The notes under the pieces: generated by a model
What the model was told of the DNA's origin: nothing
Database searches by the model: none
The model's input: the letters and a program-made list of their open reading frames with translations, nothing else
Position numbers and translations under genes: made by a program
Assembly (NCBI GenBank): GCA_037130925.1
Contig: JBAXSC010000001.1
Coordinates: forward strand, 176,182 to 240,181
Origin: Candidatus Nomurabacteria bacterium
GTDB lineage: Bacteria > Patescibacteriota > Minisyncoccia > Phycocordibacterales > UBA5272
Length of the DNA: 64,000 bases
Direction of reading: 5' to 3'
In this document: piece after piece, positions 9,865 through 18,163 of the stretch
Numbering within the stretch: position 1 is the stretch's first letter
Layout of the letters: each line of letters begins with the position of its first letter

Positions 9865-10239
9865 ATGAATTATAAATTAGATTTAAACGAGAGACCTTTT
9901 AAAGCTATAAAAGCTGGTACTAAAAAAGTTGAAGGTCGTACACCAGAAAATGATACTGATACGATGTTTGATGATATGAAAGCTGGTGATACTATAACTT
10001 TTATAAATAATATTTCTCAAGAAGAAATAACTTGTGAAGTTTTGTATGTTTCTAAATATCCAAATGTAAAATTGATGCTCGAAACAGAAGGAACTAAAAA
10101 TGTATTATCTAGTGGTGGGAATGTAGAAGAAGGAATTAAAAGTTTTGATAGTTTAGAAGGGTATAAAGAACGTATTTTAAAATACGGAGTATATGCTATT
10201 GCTATTTCTTATATTTCTGAAAATGTAAAATCTATTTAA
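9865..10239 (+). CDS. ASCH (PUA-like) domain protein
   Basis: N-terminal …FKAIKAGTKKVEGR… matches the ASCH pattern (fkaIksGkKtiEiR). 124 aa. Confidence 0.5.
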   Translation: MNYKLDLNERPFKAIKAGTKKVEGRTPENDTDTMFDDMKAGDTITFINNISQEEITCEVLYVSKYPNVKLMLETEGTKNVLSSGGNVEEGIKSFDSLEGYKERILKYGVYAIAISYISENVKSI

Positions 10240-10246
10240 TATTATT

Positions 10247-10894
10247 ATGCAAACGACAGAAATATTTGAAGAACTAAATAAATTACATAAAATTTATGGA
10301 GATAAAAATCTTGATAGTATTTATGGTTGTGGAAAAATAAATAAACCAAAACTTTGTTTAGTTTTTATGAATCCTACTGCCAGAAATGTTGCAGCAAATA
10401 AATCTTGGAAAGGTTTAAAAGCTCCATGGATTGGAACAAAAAATGTCTGGAATATGTTTTTTCAACTTGGTTTAATAAATGAAAAATTAATACAAGAAAT
10501 AAATGATAAAAAACCATCTGATTGGGATTATGATTTTTCAGAAAAAGTGTATAAAGAAATTATAAAAAATAATATTTATATTACTAATTTATCTAAAGCT
10601 ACTCAATTAGATGCGAGACCTTTACCTGATGAAGTATTTCAACAGTATTTAAATATATTTAAAAGAGAAATCGATATTGTAAAACCAAAAGTAATTATCA
10701 CATTTGGTAATCAAGTCAGCTCTGTGCTTTTGGGTATGGATATTAGAGTGTCTGAACACAGAAAAAAGTTTGAAGAATTAGAAATAAATAATAAGAAATA
10801 TAAGGTTTATCCAGTTTATTATCCTGTTGGTCAGGGTATGAGAAATATTAAATTAGCAAAAGAAGATATAAATTTTATTTTAAAAACTATATAA
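10247..10894 (+). CDS. uracil-DNA glycosylase-superfamily-like protein (motif-A-like VFMNPT)
   Basis: Length and xxNPx motif A resemble MUG/SMUG-type UDGs. C-terminal motif B is not canonical. Confidence 0.35.
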   Translation: MQTTEIFEELNKLHKIYGDKNLDSIYGCGKINKPKLCLVFMNPTARNVAANKSWKGLKAPWIGTKNVWNMFFQLGLINEKLIQEINDKKPSDWDYDFSEKVYKEIIKNNIYITNLSKATQLDARPLPDEVFQQYLNIFKREIDIVKPKVIITFGNQVSSVLLGMDIRVSEHRKKFEELEINNKKYKVYPVYYPVGQGMRNIKLAKEDINFILKTI

Positions 10895-10901
10895 ACTATT
10901 T

Positions 10902-11414
10902 ATGAAAATAATTACAGTAAATGATAAAATGCAAAAAGATTATAGATATGATCTAGTTGAGCCTATTGGAAAAAATTTTCATAAGGAATTCAAACCAGAT
11001 CTGTCTCCAAAAGAAATGCTTGAGCTGGGAGTATTTGGTGGTAGATATATGCGTGATTGTCGAGATGAATTTCCAAAAGAATGGTTTACAAAAGCAAAAC
11101 TTTTACCAGAAGGAAAATCTGGTCATGATAAAAATTTAAATTTTTTCAAAATAAATGCTTCACAGCCACTATCTGTCTGGTTAGAAAAAGGATGGATATA
11201 TAAAGATGACCCTAGAGGATGGTTTCAATGGTATTGTCGATATTATATGGGTCGTCGTATAGAAAGTGAAGATGAAAGACAAATAAAGCGTTGGAAGGCG
11301 ATGAGGAGACATGTTTCTCAATTATTTAATTCATGTCGAGCGGGAGATATTAATTGTAGGCCAAGACAAAGACAAGCTCTTTTACACTGGGCATATGATG
11401 GTAGAAGAATATAA
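10902..11414 (+). CDS. conserved hypothetical protein (basic, Trp-rich C-terminus GWFQWYCRYYMGRR)
   Basis: 170-aa ORF. Family not recognised with certainty. Confidence 0.4.
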   Translation: MKIITVNDKMQKDYRYDLVEPIGKNFHKEFKPDLSPKEMLELGVFGGRYMRDCRDEFPKEWFTKAKLLPEGKSGHDKNLNFFKINASQPLSVWLEKGWIYKDDPRGWFQWYCRYYMGRRIESEDERQIKRWKAMRRHVSQLFNSCRAGDINCRPRQRQALLHWAYDGRRI

Positions 11415-11508
11415 ACTGCATTTTTGTCAACATTATTTTTTTACTTTTTCGTGTATAATGTATATATAATAAAATTATTTTAATCATTTAAAATTTTAAT
11501 TTCCAATT

Positions 11509-12156
11509 TTGGACCTTTTTATGAACCTGCACGATCATTCTTCTTTATTGTTTGCACATCAGCTTGGATCATTTTGGAGCTATCTTATTATTTTATTTTT
11601 TGCTTTTCTTGATACTGTTTTTATTGTTGGTACCATTTTCCCTGGAAGTATTTTTATTATGGTTGCAGGATTTTTGGCTGCCATTTCCTCTTTAAATATT
11701 TTCTTATGTTTTGCTGTTGTTATGATTGGAGGAGTGACTGGAGATGTTTTGACTTATTATATTGGTACTCATGGTACAAACTGGTTCCATAGCGAAAGTA
11801 AATGGCTCAAGTTTGCTTATTTGAAAAAGGGTCAAGAATTTTTTGATAAACATGGTGATAAAAGTATTTTACTTGGAAGGTTTATGGGGGTTATAAAAGC
11901 TATAGTTCCTTTTATTGCAGGACTTATTAGAATGGATTTTAAAAAATTTTTATATTTAAATATAATTTCTGGATTTATTTGGGCGGTATTTTATTTGGGA
12001 CTCGGATATTTCCTAGGGTCTTCTTTTCATAGTTTATTTATTCCAAAAGAAATTAAAGTTTTAATAATAGTGGCTCCATTTTTACTATTTTTTATTTGGG
12101 TATTATACGAATACAGAAATAAGATTTATAAAGGATTTAAAAATATTTTTAAATAA
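11509..12156 (+). CDS. DedA/VTT-family membrane protein
   Basis: …LGRFMGVIKAIVPFIAGLIRMDFKKF…NIISGFIWA… matches the DedA (SNARE-associated) core. Confidence 0.75.
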   Translation: MDLFMNLHDHSSLLFAHQLGSFWSYLIILFFAFLDTVFIVGTIFPGSIFIMVAGFLAAISSLNIFLCFAVVMIGGVTGDVLTYYIGTHGTNWFHSESKWLKFAYLKKGQEFFDKHGDKSILLGRFMGVIKAIVPFIAGLIRMDFKKFLYLNIISGFIWAVFYLGLGYFLGSSFHSLFIPKEIKVLIIVAPFLLFFIWVLYEYRNKIYKGFKNIFK

Positions 12157-12168
12157 TCTTTTAATCTA

Positions 12169-13110
12169 TTAGTTTTTAACTATTACTGTAGTACCTACTT
12201 CTGTCCAAGAGTAGAGCTTTTCTGCCTCTTCTGGGCTCAAATTTACGCATCCATGAGACCATTGTGAGCCAAAGCTATTATGCCAATAGGCTCCGTGTAT
12301 TGCCGCACCGCTACCTGTAAAATACATTGTCCAAGGTACGCCAGGTAGATCATAATATTGATCTGACACATCAGGGAGAGGGCCTTGCATATATCTGCTT
12401 GGAGTTTTACTGAAAATATGAAATGTGCCGACAGGTGTTGGTAGATCATCTAATCCAGAAGAGATGAGTGTTTCCACAAATAATTTGTCTCCTTCATAAG
12501 CGTATAATTTTTGCTCAGTTAGATTTACAATAATTTTTTTATTAGTTACTATTTTATTTGCGTCGCTGATAGAGGATTTTTCTTTCAAGCTATTTATTAA
12601 TTCTAAATAATCTGATGATATATACCAATCTTTCGCGGTTCTTTCTGGATATCTGACCCACTCACTAAAAACAATGTGATACCAAGATATCCCGTCGGCC
12701 TGTGTTACTTCTCCGTCTGTCTCGAGTACCATTTCGTCACGAAGACTTGCGATAGTAGGGCAATTTAATCCTGGACAAGCTCTTGCTCTTACACAATCTC
12801 CATCAAAATGTATAGAACAACTATTTATTATTTTTACATATTGGTTATTAGTAGTTGTTACACCATTTGTATCTGTTGTCGAAGATGATGTCTGTGTCAA
12901 AGAAATAGGTGAGATATTTGTAGAAATTAATTTATCTAAATATTTATAATCAGAATAAATATTATCAGAAGTATTTTGAATATTTTGTTTTAAAGTTTTT
13001 TCTTTATTTAGGCTTAAAAAATATCCAATCAATATAAAAAGTAAAATTATTAGTAATGTTGTATTTAAAAAATGATAATTTACTTTTATTTGTTTATTCT
13101 TTATATTCAT
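12169..13110 (-). CDS. L,D-transpeptidase (YkuD domain) with N-terminal membrane anchor
   Basis: Catalytic …HGCVNLSPEEAEKLYSW… motif. Confidence 0.85.
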   Translation of the reverse strand: MNIKNKQIKVNYHFLNTTLLIILLFILIGYFLSLNKEKTLKQNIQNTSDNIYSDYKYLDKLISTNISPISLTQTSSSTTDTNGVTTTNNQYVKIINSCSIHFDGDCVRARACPGLNCPTIASLRDEMVLETDGEVTQADGISWYHIVFSEWVRYPERTAKDWYISSDYLELINSLKEKSSISDANKIVTNKKIIVNLTEQKLYAYEGDKLFVETLISSGLDDLPTPVGTFHIFSKTPSRYMQGPLPDVSDQYYDLPGVPWTMYFTGSGAAIHGAYWHNSFGSQWSHGCVNLSPEEAEKLYSWTEVGTTVIVKN

Positions 13111-13159
13111 GCATTTATTGTAGCATTTAAAAGTGTTAAGTCTCTTAAATCCTTATTTA

Positions 13160-13188
13160 TTGACTTTATTTAGATAATATATTATTAT
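13160..13188 (+). promoter_or_regulatory. sigma70 promoter TTGACT-N17-TATTAT (copy A of the duplicated upstream module)
   Basis: TTGACT 13160-13165, TATTAT 13183-13188. Identical architecture at 13927-13955. Confidence 0.55.
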
Positions 13189-13321
13189 CTAAATAGGGGT
13201 TCTTTGTAGATTTTTTGATTAAATTAATAGCTTTTTGGTGGATTATTTTTACTTTTCTGAATACAGGAAAATAGAAATAATTCACTAAATATTTTATTAA
13301 CTATTAAATTTAAATTAAAAA
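13189..13321 (+). promoter_or_regulatory. conserved 5' leader of about 130 nt (copy A), candidate cis-regulatory RNA
   Basis: Roughly 85% identical to 13956-14081, whereas the downstream CDSs are only weakly similar. Confidence 0.45.
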
Positions 13322-13861
13322 ATGAACAAACAGGAAAAAGTGTCAATTTCAAAAAAAGAGATTAGAAAAAAGAAATTCGATTTAGGTATCTCATTGGTAG
13401 GCTTTATTGCTATTTTTATAATTACTTACTTTCTTTTTGAGTGGTATTTTAAATTTAAATTTCAAGAATTTTGGAGTTTAAGTTTAAAAGAAACGGTTAT
13501 TAAAGATAAAAAGTTTTTAATACCTATTATATTTTCTTATATTTTAATTTGTATAAATTTGTATTCTGTATTGGATATAATTGATAAGATTAAAGATTTA
13601 AGAAAAAAGGAAAAATATAAAATAGTCGTAGAGAATTATTCTGTATTAGATCGTATCTTATTATCCTTTGCTTTAAATCTGGTAGTCACGTTTGCAATAT
13701 CATTAGCGGGCATTGTTGTCGGAACAGTAAATGGTCTTCGTAATGGTTTTGTTTTTGTGGGACCTCTAACTTTCTTTTTCAATTGGGGTTTATTTATAGG
13801 ATTATACGCAGGTTTGGTGTATGGTGTGTATAAGTTATTTGGTAAACCTAAACAAAAATAA
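13322..13861 (+). CDS. hypothetical multi-pass membrane protein (paralog A)
   Basis: 179 aa, 4 TM segments. Weak similarity to 14082-14561 (FKFQEFWSLSLKETVIKDKKF vs FKLQEFWDLKLRYTTIRDSWF). Confidence 0.5.
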   Translation: MNKQEKVSISKKEIRKKKFDLGISLVGFIAIFIITYFLFEWYFKFKFQEFWSLSLKETVIKDKKFLIPIIFSYILICINLYSVLDIIDKIKDLRKKEKYKIVVENYSVLDRILLSFALNLVVTFAISLAGIVVGTVNGLRNGFVFVGPLTFFFNWGLFIGLYAGLVYGVYKLFGKPKQK

Positions 13862-13884
13862 TTGAAAATATTTTTTAAAATTAA

Positions 13885-13918
13885 AAAACCGGTCTTTATG
13901 ACCGGTTTCTTGTTTTAT
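13885..13918 (+). terminator. rho-independent terminator
   Basis: AACCGGTC-tttat-GACCGGTT perfect stem followed by a T-run. Confidence 0.7.
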
Positions 13919-13926
13919 TACTTTTA

Positions 13927-13955
13927 TTGACTTAATATTTTGAATATATTATTAT
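13927..13955 (+). promoter_or_regulatory. sigma70 promoter TTGACT-N17-TATTAT (copy B)
   Basis: Duplicate of the 13160 promoter. Confidence 0.55.
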
Positions 13956-14081
13956 CTAGCTTGAATGGTTCTTTGTAAGTCTTTTGATTAAATCAATAGT
14001 TTTTTGGTGGATTATTTTTGTTTTGCTAAATATAGAAAAATAGAAATAATTCACTAATTATTAACTATTAATTTAAACAAA
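13956..14081 (+). promoter_or_regulatory. conserved 5' leader of about 125 nt (copy B)
   Basis: See copy A at 13189-13321. Confidence 0.45.
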
Positions 14082-14561
14082 ATGGAAAAGGAACAAAAAA
14101 ATGAAACTAGTTTATTTACGGAAATGCTGATATTAATTGATCTAATTTTATTAAATTGTGTGGCAATTAGTTATTATTTTATTTTTAAATTACAAGAGTT
14201 TTGGGATTTAAAATTAAGATATACAACGATTCGAGACAGTTGGTTTTTTTTAAATTTTATTATTTTTTATTTTTTAATTAATATTACTTTTTATTTTATA
14301 ATAAAGGTATATGGATTAATAAAATTTAAATTAAACAAAGAAGAATATGAAGATTTTATTGATTCAGCAAAGCTAACACTTTTTATGGTAAGTGCTTTGA
14401 GTTTTATTATGGGTATGATTATAGGTATTATTTTAGGAATAATGCTTAGCTTTTTTTACAGTTTCTCTATAATATTTTTTATATTATGGGGAATGGTAAT
14501 AGGCTTGATAATCGGATCTGTGGCAGGTCTGATATTGTCTTTTAAAGAGAATAATATTTGA
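14082..14561 (+). CDS. hypothetical multi-pass membrane protein (paralog B)
   Basis: 159 aa, 4 TM segments. Confidence 0.5.
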   Translation: MEKEQKNETSLFTEMLILIDLILLNCVAISYYFIFKLQEFWDLKLRYTTIRDSWFFLNFIIFYFLINITFYFIIKVYGLIKFKLNKEEYEDFIDSAKLTLFMVSALSFIMGMIIGIILGIMLSFFYSFSIIFFILWGMVIGLIIGSVAGLILSFKENNI

Positions 14562-14573
14562 TTTTATTTTTAA

Positions 14574-14606
14574 AAACCGGTCTTCGTGACCGGTTTTGTT
14601 TTTTTA
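14574..14606. terminator. bidirectional rho-independent terminator
   Basis: AAACCGGTC-ttcgt-GACCGGTTT with T-runs. Same hairpin family as 13885. Confidence 0.7.
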
Positions 14607-14610
14607 TATT

Positions 14611-15267
14611 TTAATTATATTCTAAATATTCTCCCTCTGAAATAATCTCTACTTCTCCATCAATTATTTTTAATGCTGAATTATCATCGAGTGCGTATAC
14701 TTTCTTTTGAATAGTATCTGCTATATTTTTAATATTTTCTTCTCTTGCTAGAGAAAAGTAAGAATTATTTAAATGTGGTAGAAAATAAAAATCAGTATAA
14801 TTTAATGCTGGAATGTCGCTATCTTTTTCAAGATCTTCATTATATATAAGTTTAGATATTTCAATATTTAAATTTGGATTTGTTATCATGCTTCCAGCAG
14901 AAACTCCAACATAAACTTTTATTTTTAATAATTCAGGAAGAAGATCGGCGAGTCCAGATTTATTTACCCATTCCATTAAATAATAAGTATTTCCTCCTTC
15001 AAAAAATATCACATCAGCTTCTTCGATTTGTGGTCTCCAAATGTTTTCTGGTACAGCAGAAATGTCAGTAATACTAATAGATTTGAGATTTAATTTATAT
15101 AAATTATTTAAATCATTTATAAGCCAGCTTTTATCTCCTGTTTCAATATTTGACGCTGTAGGGATAAATACAAGGGAAGTATCTTCTGGATTTTTTCCAG
15201 CTAATTCAAATAATGCTTTTGCTATTGATTGATTTGTTATTCCACTGGAAGTTAGTAGTAATTTCAT
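14611..15267 (-). CDS. peptidase E-like (family S51, dipeptidase E/cyanophycinase-like)
   Basis: …ADVIFFEGGNTYYLM…KVYVGVSAGSMIT… aligns with the E. coli PepE core including the GxSAG serine. Confidence 0.7.
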   Translation of the reverse strand: MKLLLTSSGITNQSIAKALFELAGKNPEDTSLVFIPTASNIETGDKSWLINDLNNLYKLNLKSISITDISAVPENIWRPQIEEADVIFFEGGNTYYLMEWVNKSGLADLLPELLKIKVYVGVSAGSMITNPNLNIEISKLIYNEDLEKDSDIPALNYTDFYFLPHLNNSYFSLAREENIKNIADTIQKKVYALDDNSALKIIDGEVEIISEGEYLEYN

Positions 15268-15348
15268 AAATATTTATTAAATAATATTTTTAGATTATAT
15301 CATTTTAAAAATATTAACAAACCAGTTTTTTTATGTCGGTTTTGTTTT

Positions 15349-15807
15349 TTATTCAAAATGAAATTTATATGATAATTCATTATATTCTTCAGTATTGTAT
15401 AATTTAATACCAGTATCATGCCATAAAGCAAAATATTTAACTCCATTATCAAGTGCAAGTCTACTACATACAGTACAATATGGCTCACAAGACTTTAAAA
15501 TATTATTTTCATTATCAACTCTTGTAAAGTATAAAGTACTACCTGATATATCTTTTTTATTTTTAATTGCATCTATAATAGCTCTCCATTCTGCATGTAG
15601 ACAGCATGTTCTATCTGATTTTGGTTTAGGGGAATTAATTAAATTTAAATGACATTTACGATTAGATATATCATTATTAGCTGGACCATTAAATCCTGTT
15701 CCGATTATTTCATTATTTAAAACAATAACAGATCCACATTTATCTTTTAGACATAGAGCTTTCTCTGCTTCTTTTGCAGCTTCATAAAAATATTTTTCTT
15801 CGTTCAT
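15349..15807 (-). CDS. CMP/dCMP-type zinc deaminase (dCMP deaminase-like)
   Basis: CLHAE…PCxxC zinc-binding motifs (CCLHAEWRAI, CEPYCTVCSRL). Confidence 0.7.
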   Translation of the reverse strand: MNEEKYFYEAAKEAEKALCLKDKCGSVIVLNNEIIGTGFNGPANNDISNRKCHLNLINSPKPKSDRTCCLHAEWRAIIDAIKNKKDISGSTLYFTRVDNENNILKSCEPYCTVCSRLALDNGVKYFALWHDTGIKLYNTEEYNELSYKFHFE

Positions 15808-15847
15808 ATATAGGATTATATCAAAAAAATACTCTTGAAAAATTATT

Positions 15848-15921
15848 TGGCTGCCAGACCTGGGATCGAACCAAGATTCACAGCTTCAAAGGCTGCTGTC
15901 CTACCATTAGACGATCTGGCA
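15848..15921 (-). tRNA. tRNA-Gln (anticodon TTG), CCA encoded
   Basis: Reverse complement folds as TGCCAGA…TCTGGCA-G-CCA. Anticodon loop CTTTGAA. D-arm identical to tRNA-Gln(CTG). Confidence 0.85.
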
Positions 15922-15989
15922 ATATTTTTGTTTAAATAGTATATCAAAAAATCATTAAAAAATAAAGTCTATTAAAATCTAGTTTAAAT

Positions 15990-16760
15990 TTAAAATTCTC
16001 CCTTTAGATATCTCTTTCTCTCTTCTTCATGCATTTTTTCAATAGAGTATCTGAGTGTTGTTCTTGGTATATTTTTATAGTTCTTTTTTATAAAGTCTCT
16101 AATGACATCTTGATCTATTCTTTTAAAAATCTCTCTCATCATCCAGCCGTTGGCTTTTTGAATAAGATCATGCTCGTGAGTCAGGAGTTTCTTTACTAAT
16201 TCGATTGTGTATTTATAATTATTTTCTTTAACTATAAAATAAAAAGTTGATATCACAGCGACTCTATTTTCCCAAATATTTTCACTTTCAGATAATTTTA
16301 AAAGAATATCTTTTATTTCATTTTTATTTTTTAATCCTGATAAATATCCACCGACTATTTTTGGTGCGGAGGTGTCTACCAGATCCCAATTATTGATTTT
16401 CTTTTTAATATTTTTTAAATAAAGATCAAAGATTTCTTTTCGAATTTCTTGCTGCGTTTCTACCTCTTTATTAAAATTGGGTGATTCTGTTTTTTCAAAT
16501 TTATTATTTAAAATTATCAAAGCTAAAAGTCTTTCATCATGAAATTCAGAATGAAGTAATTCTTCTGTTTCTTTTAAGGTGATATCACTATACGCTCTAG
16601 CGAGCTTTCTTGTTTGAGGGACGGTGAGACCTAGAAATTTGTCTCCTTCACCATATTCTCCTTTTCCTGTTTTAAAAAACCATAAAGCTGTCTCAGCTCT
16701 TTCCATGCTAGCTATTTTTAAAATGTGATTGTGTATGTTTTTAATAGCATCTTTATTCAT
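15990..16760 (-). CDS. DNA alkylation repair enzyme family (AlkD/AlkC-like HEAT-repeat glycosylase)
   Basis: N-terminal …TALWFFKTGKGEYGEGDKFLGLTVPQTRKLARAY… matches PF08713-type proteins. Confidence 0.6.
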   Translation of the reverse strand: MNKDAIKNIHNHILKIASMERAETALWFFKTGKGEYGEGDKFLGLTVPQTRKLARAYSDITLKETEELLHSEFHDERLLALIILNNKFEKTESPNFNKEVETQQEIRKEIFDLYLKNIKKKINNWDLVDTSAPKIVGGYLSGLKNKNEIKDILLKLSESENIWENRVAVISTFYFIVKENNYKYTIELVKKLLTHEHDLIQKANGWMMREIFKRIDQDVIRDFIKKNYKNIPRTTLRYSIEKMHEEERKRYLKGEF

Positions 16761-17274
16761 GAATTTTTAATTCTTTAATTTCTTTTTTTAAAATTCCTTT
16801 TGAAAATATTTTTAATTCTAAAGATAATTTAAAAATAAAAATAGCTATTAATATTGAGGCTAATATATCGTAAATGTCATGGACTTTTAAATAAAGTCTG
16901 GCAGAGATAATTAATATTAGCCAGATAATCCCAAATATCTTTACAAAATCTTTCCAAGATTTATTTTTAATAAATCTAGATAAATAAAATAATAAAAATA
17001 ATGTGATAGCTGCTGCAGCTGTATGACCAGAAGGGAATGCGTAGCTACTCTCATGTACAAGAGCGAAAGGATTGCGAGGTTTATGAATTAAATATTTTAA
17101 AACCACAACTAGAGACATTGTGGCTATATAATTAAAAAATATAAATCCAGCCAAAATTTCTTCTTTGTGCCAAAAGAAAATTATTATAGAAATTATAGTA
17201 GTAGCGGCTACCATCATAGTCTCACCACCGATATTTGAGATGATAATAAAAAAATTAAATAGTAAACTTTGCAT
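16753..17274 (-). CDS. PAP2-superfamily phosphatase (membrane)
   Basis: KxxxxxxRP / PSGH / SRxxxxxHxxxD tripartite motif (…HKPRNP…AFPSGHT…SARLYLKVHDIYD…). Confidence 0.7.
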   Translation of the reverse strand: MQSLLFNFFIIISNIGGETMMVAATTIISIIIFFWHKEEILAGFIFFNYIATMSLVVVLKYLIHKPRNPFALVHESSYAFPSGHTAAAAITLFLLFYLSRFIKNKSWKDFVKIFGIIWLILIISARLYLKVHDIYDILASILIAIFIFKLSLELKIFSKGILKKEIKELKIHE

Positions 17275-17331
17275 ATAAAACTAGCTTGGTGCTATAATTA
17301 TATCATTATCAGTCTATTTAATCACAAAATT

Positions 17332-18144
17332 ATGCTTCAAAAAATAAAAAATTATTTTAAAAATGATTTTTCAGGTCTCGCATCATCTCCATCTTTCGTA
17401 TTTGGAGTTTTACTTTTATTAGGTTTTATAATTTTTTCTATATCTTTCAGGTCTGGATTAAATAATATTTCTGTCCTCACAAATGCACAAGGCATAACAG
17501 TTTCTGGTACAGCAGAGAAATTTGTGACAAGTGATAGAGGAACTATTTCTGTAAATTTAAAAACAGATTCTTTAAATAATTCAGGGTCAGTAGCTATTAA
17601 AACATTATCTGATGCTAGAGATTCTTTAATTAAATATTTGGTAAGTTATGGAATCGATGTAAAAGATATTGATGTATTAGCATTTAACACTTTAGATCAA
17701 TGTACTAATCGTGATAAGAATAGTTGGGATACTTGTCTAGGTAAAAAATATTCTGAATTTAATCAGACTATTAATATCTCTTCAAATGATGTAAACAAGA
17801 TTAAAGATCTTTCTTTAAATGTGAATAGCTATATTGATAATAACCTTTCTCAATATTTTGGAGATGTAAATATTACTGTACAAAATACACAGTATTTTTA
17901 TACAAAATTAACAGATGTAAAAACAGAAATGCTTAATGAGTCTACAAAGAATGCTTTTGAAAGAGCAGAGGCAATAGCGAATTCGACAGGGAATCATGCT
18001 GGAGCAGTCATTACTGCTTCTCAAGGAGTATTTCAAATTACTTCTAAAGATAGTGTGGATACTAGTGATTATGGATCATATGACACAAGTACAATAGACA
18101 AGAAAATTACAGCAGTAGTCAGAGTTTCTTTTAAAGTTAAATAA
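17332..18144 (+). CDS. SIMPL/DUF541-domain protein (secreted or anchored)
   Basis: …ITVSGTAEKFVTSDRGTISVNLKT…VVRVSFKVK fits the SIMPL pattern. ATG at 17332 preferred (TATAAT at 17293-17298 lies upstream); the track start at 17269 overlaps the divergent gene. Confidence 0.55.
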   Translation: MLQKIKNYFKNDFSGLASSPSFVFGVLLLLGFIIFSISFRSGLNNISVLTNAQGITVSGTAEKFVTSDRGTISVNLKTDSLNNSGSVAIKTLSDARDSLIKYLVSYGIDVKDIDVLAFNTLDQCTNRDKNSWDTCLGKKYSEFNQTINISSNDVNKIKDLSLNVNSYIDNNLSQYFGDVNITVQNTQYFYTKLTDVKTEMLNESTKNAFERAEAIANSTGNHAGAVITASQGVFQITSKDSVDTSDYGSYDTSTIDKKITAVVRVSFKVK

Positions 18145-18163
18145 TTAAAATAAAATAATTTTT

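Noticed and set aside
15318-15345. Third, degenerate copy of the ACCGGTC…GACCGGT terminator family downstream of the deaminase gene
   Set aside because: The stem is reduced to about 4-5 bp (ACCAG…TCGGT). It is probably a decayed terminator. It is noted for completeness and not listed as a feature.
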